Below are positions 15,727 to 22,163 of a stretch of 32,000 nucleotides of DNA, piece by piece (position 1 is the first letter of the stretch; each line of letters starts with the position of its first letter). The translations under genes and the position numbers were made by a program. This DNA comes from Rickettsia typhi (GTDB lineage: Bacteria; Pseudomonadota; Alphaproteobacteria; Rickettsiales; UBA1997). The notes under the pieces were generated by a model. That model did not search any database, was not told the DNA's origin, and saw only the letters and a list, made by a program, of their open reading frames with translations. Where the stretch lies: positions 3,855 through 35,854 of the forward strand of contig CAMDCJ010000002.1 of assembly GCA_945890035.1 (NCBI GenBank), given 5' to 3'.

Positions 15727-16599
15727 CTAAGAAATTAGATTTAAATTTTTCATTTCTATTTTAATTCTATTTTGTGCTTCTAGAGATGGTGCGCAAAGTG
15801 GAAGTCTTATTTCATTTTCACAAAAACCCATTAAGCTTAAAGCGTATTTTACGGGAATTGGATTGGTTTCGCAAAACATTGCCGAATGAAAATTTGTTAA
15901 TTGATCTTGAATTTTTACCGCAGTTTTGTAGTTCGAAAGTGCCGTAGCTTTTTGCAAATCACTTACCATTTTTGGTAAAATATTTGAAGAAACTGAAATT
16001 ATTCCATTGCCTCCCATAGCGTTAAATCCAACTGCGGTGGCGTCTTCTCCCGATAAAAATAGAAAATCTTTTTTGACTAAAAGTTTTAAAGTGGCAACGC
16101 GCGCAAGGTCGCCCGTAGCGTCTTTAATTCCGATAACATTTTCGAGTTCAGAAATTCTTGCCAAAGTTTGGTCGGTGATATTAATCACGGAGCGCCCTGG
16201 AATATTGTAAATAATTAATGGAACTTCACATTTATTAAGTTCTTTAAAATGTTGATAAATTCCTTCTTGGGTTGGCTTGTTATAATATGGCGCAACGATT
16301 AAACATGAATCGGCGCCAATTTTTTTAGCATGATTTGTCATGGCAACGGCCTCTGAAGTAGAGTTCGAACCAGTTCCAGCCATCACTTTAATTTTTCCGC
16401 CAGCAACTTTTACAGCGATTTCAACTAAGCGATTATGCTCTTCGTGAGAAAGGGTCGGAGATTCTCCAGTTGTACCGCAAGGCACGATGCCGTCAATATC
16501 ATTTTTGATTTGAAATTCGATTAAATTGCTAAAAGCTTTTTCGTCAATTTGATTATTTTTGAAGGGCGTAATGAGCGCCGTATAAGTGTTTGTGTTCAT
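15727..16599 (-). CDS. dapA: 4-hydroxy-tetrahydrodipicolinate synthase
   Basis: The track ORF is trimmed to the ATG at 16597-16599 (MNTNTYTALITPF). Conserved blocks are GIVPCGTTGESPTLSHEEH, IYNIPGRS and GIKDATGDL. Confidence 0.9.
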   Translation of the reverse strand: MNTNTYTALITPFKNNQIDEKAFSNLIEFQIKNDIDGIVPCGTTGESPTLSHEEHNRLVEIAVKVAGGKIKVMAGTGSNSTSEAVAMTNHAKKIGADSCLIVAPYYNKPTQEGIYQHFKELNKCEVPLIIYNIPGRSVINITDQTLARISELENVIGIKDATGDLARVATLKLLVKKDFLFLSGEDATAVGFNAMGGNGIISVSSNILPKMVSDLQKATALSNYKTAVKIQDQLTNFHSAMFCETNPIPVKYALSLMGFCENEIRLPLCAPSLEAQNRIKIEMKNLNLIS

Positions 16600-16708
16600 G
16601 AAATAAAAAATAAAAATTTGAATTGATTTTGAAATCATAAATTTCTATCTTTAACAAATCAATATTTCTAGTTAAATTTTTATAAATTAAAAAAATTTTT
16701 AAAAAGTC

Positions 16709-17104
16709 ATGAATAATTCATTGATTAATTTTGCTGATGCAAATTTCGTTGCCGGTCAGTATTTGCCAGTTTTTATATTTTTAATTATCGCAATCGTCTT
16801 ATCTTGCGTGATAATTTTAATCCCCTTTATCATCAATAAAATGCGTCCTGACGAAGCTAAAAACTCGCAATATGAGTGTGGTTTTGAAGGTGAAGGGTCT
16901 GCTCGCGGTGAATTTAAAGTACAATTTTATTTAGTGGCAATTTTATTTATTATTTTTGATTTGGAAGTGGCGTTTTTATTTCCTTGGGCAGTGACTCTGC
17001 GCGAGATTGGTGTCGTCGGTTTTTGGTCGATGATTTCATTTTTAAGCATTCTTACCGTCGGCTTTATTTATGAATGGAAGCGTGGCGCTCTTGAATGGAA
17101 ATAA
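16709..17104 (+). CDS. nuoA: NADH-quinone oxidoreductase subunit A
   Basis: 131 aa with three TM helices. Conserved blocks are YECGFE and FDLEVAFLFPWA. Confidence 0.9.
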   Translation: MNNSLINFADANFVAGQYLPVFIFLIIAIVLSCVIILIPFIINKMRPDEAKNSQYECGFEGEGSARGEFKVQFYLVAILFIIFDLEVAFLFPWAVTLREIGVVGFWSMISFLSILTVGFIYEWKRGALEWK

Positions 17105-17121
17105 TGCCATTTATCTTGATA

Positions 17122-17160
17122 AAATTTGTAAAGCAAATTTAGAAAAAGATAAATCGCTTG
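17122..17160. repeat. Copy of the aaatttgc-taaa-gcaaattt / ...aatcgct repeat family inside the nuoA-nuoB spacer
   Basis: aaatttgtaaagcaaatttagaaaaagataaatcgcttg aligns with 5977-6017 (aaatttgctaaagcaaatttagggaaaatttgaatcgctcc). By eye it matches at roughly three quarters of positions and keeps the hairpin. Confidence 0.65.
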
Positions 17161-17243
17161 CGGGCTAAATAAATTCGGCAATTCGCAATAAGTGGCGATA
17201 TTAATTTGATAAAATAATTTTTAAAAATCGTAATTTTTTTTAA

Positions 17244-17771
17244 ATGAAAAATATAAATAATTTAAGTCCGTTAAACCAAGATTTACTTATAAGTCAACTA
17301 ACCGACGAAGTAAAAAATCAAGGTTATGTAACTGCAAAGCTTGATGATTTAATCAATTGGGCAAGAACGGGTTCTTTATGGCCAATGACTTTCGGCTTGG
17401 CTTGTTGCGCAGTTGAAATGATGCAAACTGCCGCAAGTCGCTATGATCTTGACCGCTACGGCATGATATTTCGCCCATCGCCAAGGCAATCTGATGTTAT
17501 GATAGTCGCAGGAACTTTGACGAACAAAATGGCGCCAGCGCTTAGAAAAGTTTATGATCAAATGGCTGAACCGCGTTATGTAATTTCAATGGGAAGTTGC
17601 GCCAATGGCGGTGGCTATTACCATTATTCTTATTCGGTGGTTCGCGGTTGTGATCGTATCGTTCCCGTCGATGTTTATGTCCCTGGATGCCCGCCATCAG
17701 CAGAAGCTTTGCTTTATGGCTTAATGGTTTTGCAAAGAAAAATTAAAAGAACTAAAAATTTTAAACGATAA
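17244..17771 (+). CDS. nuoB: NADH-quinone oxidoreductase subunit B
   Basis: [20 protein letters not shown] and VPGCPP supply the N2 Fe-S cluster cysteines. Confidence 0.95.
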   Translation: MKNINNLSPLNQDLLISQLTDEVKNQGYVTAKLDDLINWARTGSLWPMTFGLACCAVEMMQTAASRYDLDRYGMIFRPSPRQSDVMIVAGTLTNKMAPALRKVYDQMAEPRYVISMGSCANGGGYYHYSYSVVRGCDRIVPVDVYVPGCPPSAEALLYGLMVLQRKIKRTKNFKR

Positions 17772-17774
17772 TTT

Positions 17775-18371
17775 ATGTTTCAAGATCTTCCAGCTCAAGC
17801 GCAATATATAAAATCAAACTTTAGCGATGTAAAAATTATCGAGCCAATCGCCAACGATAATTTAATAATTTATGTCGATAAAAATAATTTAGAAAATTTT
17901 TTAACTTTTTTAAGAGATGACGCAGAGCTTTCATTTAAAACATTAGTTGATCTTTTTGGCGCTGATTTGCTTCAAATAAGGTCTCCAAGGTTTGAAGTAA
18001 TTTACAATTTATTAAGTTATAAACTCAATAATCGTATCACCGTTAAAGTCGCAATTGATGACGGCGTTGAAGTGCCGACGGTTTCAAAAATCTTTAGTTC
18101 GGCTGGCTGGTTTGAGCGCGAAGCCTTTGATATGTATGGAATTATTTTTTCAAATCATCCAGATTTGCGTAGAATTTTAACGGATTATGATTTTGAAGGT
18201 CATCCTTTGCGCAAAGATTTTCCTTTGACGGGCTATAAAGAAGTTCGTTATGATGAAAATCTAAAAAAAGTTATTTACGAAGATGTAAAATTAACGCAAG
18301 AATTTAGAAATTTTGATTTCGAAATGCCTTGGGAAGGGGCAAAAAAAGCTGTTCAAAAAAATAACAATTAA
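17775..18371 (+). CDS. nuoC: NADH-quinone oxidoreductase subunit C
   Basis: Typical 30-kDa subunit blocks are FEVIYNLLS, AGWFEREAFDMYGIIFSNHPDLRRILTDY and HPLRKDFPLTGY. Confidence 0.9.
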   Translation: MFQDLPAQAQYIKSNFSDVKIIEPIANDNLIIYVDKNNLENFLTFLRDDAELSFKTLVDLFGADLLQIRSPRFEVIYNLLSYKLNNRITVKVAIDDGVEVPTVSKIFSSAGWFEREAFDMYGIIFSNHPDLRRILTDYDFEGHPLRKDFPLTGYKEVRYDENLKKVIYEDVKLTQEFRNFDFEMPWEGAKKAVQKNNN

Positions 18372-18461
18372 TTGAGAAAAAATAATCATTGATAATTTTA
18401 GTTTTAATTAAAAATTTAAAAAACTATGATTGAAATATAGTTTATTCACGTTAAAAATTTT

Positions 18462-18872
18462 ATGGAAAATTCTTTAAATAAAATCAAAACATCATTTATA
18501 AAATCAACTAAAGGCTTAGAAAGCTTTTCGGTTATTACTTGGTATTGGGGCGCTCTGGTTTTCTTCTTAGCATATTTTATTTTTGATAAAGTATCAAGAA
18601 AATTTAACCAAAGCTTTTTTGTATATCCCATATCAGTTTTTTTTATAATTTATTTTGTTTGGCACATTTACGCAACCATAAAATGCGCGCCTAAGCGTCC
18701 AAAATTAACTAAAGAAGAAAAAGAAAAATTAAAAATTCAAAATGGTGGCACCTCGAAAGTTTTTTTTAGAAAATTATTTCTACAAGAATCAATTACCGAA
18801 CTAAATTCTAGAAATATTTTAATCGCAATCGACATATTTCTAATTTTACATTTTTATTCAAATCTTGGCTAA
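18462..18872 (+). CDS. Hypothetical membrane protein (about three TM segments)
   Basis: The hydrophobic stretches are VITWYWGALVFFLAYFIF, VYPISVFFIIYFVWHIYATI and ILIAIDIFLILHFY. I recognise no family. Confidence 0.5.
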   Translation: MENSLNKIKTSFIKSTKGLESFSVITWYWGALVFFLAYFIFDKVSRKFNQSFFVYPISVFFIIYFVWHIYATIKCAPKRPKLTKEEKEKLKIQNGGTSKVFFRKLFLQESITELNSRNILIAIDIFLILHFYSNLG

Positions 18873-18890
18873 TTTCGCCAAATTAATTTC

Positions 18891-19343
18891 ATGAAATTAT
18901 TTTCTTTCACTATTCTCTTTTTTTCGATAATTTGTTTTAGGGCTTCAGCTTCTAATGCGGTTAAAGAGGTTAATGTTTATAACTGGAAAGTAATTAGAAT
19001 TGTTGATGGTGATACTTTAGAAATTGCCAATCAATTTTTGCCGGAAGAATTAAAGCTTTTTGTTAGAATGAAGGGAGTTGATACTCCTGAAAAAGCCCCG
19101 CGCGCCAAATGCGAAAAAGAAAATATTTTAGCGCAAAAAGCTTCAAATTATACAAAAAATTCCATTGAAAAAGCTCAAAAAAATCGTCAAAAAATTACTT
19201 TCTCGGAAATTAAATGGGATAAATATGGTGGTAGAATTGTTGCAAAAGTTATGATTAATGAAAGCGATTTAGGCCAAGAGCTTGTAATTAAAGGGCTAGC
19301 AAGAGTTTATAATGGTGAGAAGAAAAAAACTTGGTGCAATTAA
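18891..19343 (+). CDS. Secreted thermonuclease (staphylococcal-nuclease/SNase-like) family protein
   Basis: It has a signal peptide MKLFSFTILFFSIICFRASA. The SNase pattern is VIRIVDGDTLEI...VRMKGVDTPE...DKYGGRIVAKV...LGQELVIKGLARVY. Confidence 0.8.
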   Translation: MKLFSFTILFFSIICFRASASNAVKEVNVYNWKVIRIVDGDTLEIANQFLPEELKLFVRMKGVDTPEKAPRAKCEKENILAQKASNYTKNSIEKAQKNRQKITFSEIKWDKYGGRIVAKVMINESDLGQELVIKGLARVYNGEKKKTWCN

Positions 19344-19380
19344 CAATTCCAATTTTAAATGATGGAATTGTTAATTTTTT
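19341..19380 (+). terminator. Candidate intrinsic terminator after the SNase-like gene
   Basis: taacaattcca (19341-19351) pairs with tggaattgtta (19363-19373), an 11-bp stem with an 11-nt loop, followed by a T-rich tract ending at 19380. The stem is AT-rich. Confidence 0.5.
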
Positions 19381-19382
19381 AA

Positions 19383-19495
19383 GTCGTGCTAAAGCAAGCG
19401 ACGGGGGAATTTATCAGGTCTCGTTTATGCGCGTCTAAATTAGGGTAGGCGCAACAATGACTCGCCTTCAAATTCAAATGCCTGATTTAAAATTG
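19383..19495. repeat. GC-enriched structured element in the SNase/folC convergent spacer, related to the dispersed repeat family
   Basis: gtcgtgctaaagcaagcgac (19383-19402) shares the tgctaaagcaa core with 5982-5992 but has different, still complementary, flanks. A long-range inverted pair is gaatttatcagg (19407-19418) / cctgatttaaaatt (19481-19494). Confidence 0.45.
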
Positions 19496-19514
19496 AAATT
19501 GTTATCAAAGCAGT

Positions 19515-20771
19515 TTAATTTTGCTGATTTTGCACTAAAAATTCAGAGGCGAAATAGAGCGATCCACATATTAAAATAATGCTTTCTTGGGAAGAAAATT
19601 CTTCTTCGATTTTTTTAAAACCTTCTGAAAAATTTTCAATTATTGTTGAGTTAATTTTTAAATTTTGCGCAATTTCTAAAATGTTTTGTGCGGTTCTAAA
19701 TCTTGAATCAGAGGCGATTTTACAAATTAATAATTTATCAATATTAGCGCCAATAATTTTTAAAAATTCTTCACATTCTTTATCTTTAAGCATTTGAAAA
19801 ATTATAATTTTTTGGTGATGAGGAAAATTTTTTAAAAATTCAGAAATTGTTGTGGCGCCTTGTGAATTATGGCTTCCATCAAGATAAAGTTGAAAATTTT
19901 TTGAAAGTTTTTGAGCGAAAATGCCATCTTCAATTTTTTCTAATCGGGCTTTCCAGCGAGTTTTTTCAATGCCATTTTTAATATTTTTATCGCTAATTTT
20001 AAAAAGATTTTGATGCTTCACGCAACTAATCGCCAGTTGTGCATTTTCAATTTGATGAGAACCATTTAGCGGAATTTTTATGGCTTTAAGATCGAAATTT
20101 AAAGACTCAAAAAAAACTTTGGAATTAATAAATTCGGCATTGAGTTTTGAAGCTTTCGATTGAATTAAATCAAGGACTTGCTGATTTTGATTAACGCAAA
20201 TTATGGGGCAATTTTCTTTAATAATTCCGGCTTTGGCTTCGGCGATTTTTTCGATAGTTTTTCCTAAAAATTCTTGATGATCGATTGAAATTGTAGTGAT
20301 GAGTGAGCATAAAACTTTTTGCAAAACATTGGTGGCGTCAAACTCTCCGCCCATTCCCGTCTCTAACAATAAAATGTCGGCTTCGATTTGGCTAAAAGCC
20401 AAAAAAGCGCAGGCGGTCGTTGCTTCAAAAAAAGTTATGTCGATTTTAGGGCTTATTTCACAAGCGTCGCGACATTTTTCTAAAACTTCATTTAAAAAAA
20501 CATCATCAATTTTTGTCCCACAAATTTCAATTCTTTCATTAAATTCAACTAAGTGAGGCGAGGTGTAGCGATGAACTTTATATCCGGCTTCTTGAAAAAT
20601 ATTTTTTAAAAAAGCTAAAGTTGAACCTTTGCCGTTGGTGCCAGCAACATGAATCGTCGGAGGCATTTTTAAATGTGGATTATCGAGCCTTTTTAGTAGC
20701 TCAAAAATTCGTTCTAAACCAAGATTTATGTGATGAAAATAATTTGGGTCGGGCCAACTTGGAAGTTTCAC
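19515..20771 (-). CDS. folC: Bifunctional folylpolyglutamate synthase / dihydrofolate synthase
   Basis: GTG start at 20769-20771, overlapping the upstream stop (GTGA). It has the Mur-ligase P-loop HVAGTNGKGST, and also TSPHL, LETGMGG and LDGSHN. Confidence 0.85.
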   Translation of the reverse strand: MKLPSWPDPNYFHHINLGLERIFELLKRLDNPHLKMPPTIHVAGTNGKGSTLAFLKNIFQEAGYKVHRYTSPHLVEFNERIEICGTKIDDVFLNEVLEKCRDACEISPKIDITFFEATTACAFLAFSQIEADILLLETGMGGEFDATNVLQKVLCSLITTISIDHQEFLGKTIEKIAEAKAGIIKENCPIICVNQNQQVLDLIQSKASKLNAEFINSKVFFESLNFDLKAIKIPLNGSHQIENAQLAISCVKHQNLFKISDKNIKNGIEKTRWKARLEKIEDGIFAQKLSKNFQLYLDGSHNSQGATTISEFLKNFPHHQKIIIFQMLKDKECEEFLKIIGANIDKLLICKIASDSRFRTAQNILEIAQNLKINSTIIENFSEGFKKIEEEFSSQESIILICGSLYFASEFLVQNQQN

Positions 20772-21667
20772 GAAATAGTTTTTTTAGGTTTCAAGAAAAT
20801 TTGATAAACGCGATGAAAATTATAATTAAATTCAGCGCCAAAAATAAAAACTAAACTGATTAAATAAAAGAACATTAACGAAACTATGATTCCAGCGATT
20901 GAGCCGTAAACAAAATTCATTTGATTAAAATTTTCTAAATAAAGCGAGAAAAAATTTACTAAAGTGATCCATAAAATTACCGCCAAAATTGACCCTGGAA
21001 GAGTTTGCGAAAATTTTTGTTTAACATTGGGAAGGGCGTAATAAAGAAGTGAAGTTGAGATGGCTAGAATCACAAAAATTGCTACTTGACGCAGGTAAAA
21101 AAAGTCATAATCAATGGCGAGTTTTATTGAAAATTGTTTTTCAAAATATTTTAAAATAACGGGCACAATAACGAATATTAAAATACCACTAAGTATCACG
21201 AAAATTATTATAAAAAATTCAAAAATACTTACTAATCTGCGCAAGATATATGGTGGCGGGAGGGCTACGCGGTAGGCGCGATTTAGAATTGTGCGACAAC
21301 CTTCAACCGAAGATGATGCCGTCCAAATTACGCCAATAATCGCAATTGTTAAATAACCATCGCTTGGACCAGAAATTATTTCGTTGATTCTAGGAGTAAG
21401 TCCGCGCGACATTTCATTTGGTAAACTGGAAATTAATTCATGTAAAAAATCGGTACCAATTTGTGATTCTCCAAAAATTCCAATCACCGCAATTAAGAAA
21501 ATTAGTGATGGAAAAAATGATAAAATACTCAAGAAAGCCAAATAGCCAGAATGTTCAATGCCGTCATGTCGAATAGTGTCTAACAATGCTTTGTGAAATA
21601 TTTTAAAGGGTATTAGAAAATATTTATGCAAGTAATAATTTATTTTTGAGCGAGATTTTTTTGGCAT
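20768..21667 (-). CDS. YihY/BrkB (virulence factor BrkB, formerly 'ribonuclease BN-like') family inner-membrane protein
   Basis: 299 aa and polytopic. The N-terminal block DGIEHSGYLAFLSILSFFPSL and the later blocks YGSIAGIIVSLMFFYL and IFGAEFN match the YihY family layout. Confidence 0.7.
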   Translation of the reverse strand: MPKKSRSKINYYLHKYFLIPFKIFHKALLDTIRHDGIEHSGYLAFLSILSFFPSLIFLIAVIGIFGESQIGTDFLHELISSLPNEMSRGLTPRINEIISGPSDGYLTIAIIGVIWTASSSVEGCRTILNRAYRVALPPPYILRRLVSIFEFFIIIFVILSGILIFVIVPVILKYFEKQFSIKLAIDYDFFYLRQVAIFVILAISTSLLYYALPNVKQKFSQTLPGSILAVILWITLVNFFSLYLENFNQMNFVYGSIAGIIVSLMFFYLISLVFIFGAEFNYNFHRVYQIFLKPKKTIS

Positions 21668-21682
21668 TCTATAAGCTATAAT

Positions 21683-22105
21683 TTAAATTTCTTTAGTGAA
21701 TGTAAATTTTTCTAAAATGAATTTTTCTGATAAAAATAATTTATGTTCAAGTTTATTTTTTGTAAGAGAAGTAAAAATTATTTTTTTACATAAAAATTGG
21801 CAACAAATATTATTTAACCAATCGCTTAAAAGTTGCATAATTGCAATTTCATTATTGCCTTCAGACACATAAAAATCAATGATCTCGCAAAGTTTATTTG
21901 AAAAAAAATCATGATTAATTTTGCAAACAATTAATCCGATAATTTCTTGATTTTTTTCGTCAAAAACCAGCGCAATATGATGATCTTTTTGAATTTTTTC
22001 AAAGACATCATCGATAAAATTTGTTGAATTAAAATCAAATCGTTGTTGTGCGTTTTTACAATATTTTGCGATATCTATCTTAGATAATAATGTTTTTAAT
22101 TGCAT
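21683..22105 (-). CDS. Hypothetical 140-aa protein, possibly a degenerate GNAT-fold protein
   Basis: The size and strand/helix spacing (IGLIVCKIN...LCEIIDFYV...IAIMQLLSDWL...) resemble GNAT, but the Q/R-x-x-G-x-G/A acetyl-CoA loop is not recognisable. Confidence 0.3.
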   Translation of the reverse strand: MQLKTLLSKIDIAKYCKNAQQRFDFNSTNFIDDVFEKIQKDHHIALVFDEKNQEIIGLIVCKINHDFFSNKLCEIIDFYVSEGNNEIAIMQLLSDWLNNICCQFLCKKIIFTSLTKNKLEHKLFLSEKFILEKFTFTKEI

Positions 22106-22163
22106 TTTGATGATTGATAATTAGGTTTTAAAATTAGTAATATTTATAAAGTCAATTAATTCT

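Noticed and set aside
16600-16638. N-terminal extensions of dapA (16600-16638) and lysA (30158-30214), and the TTG start of nuoL at 5628.
   Set aside because: Internal ATGs (16599, 30157, 5616) give N-termini that match the conserved starts of these families. The lysA extension would also overlap the carB 3' end.
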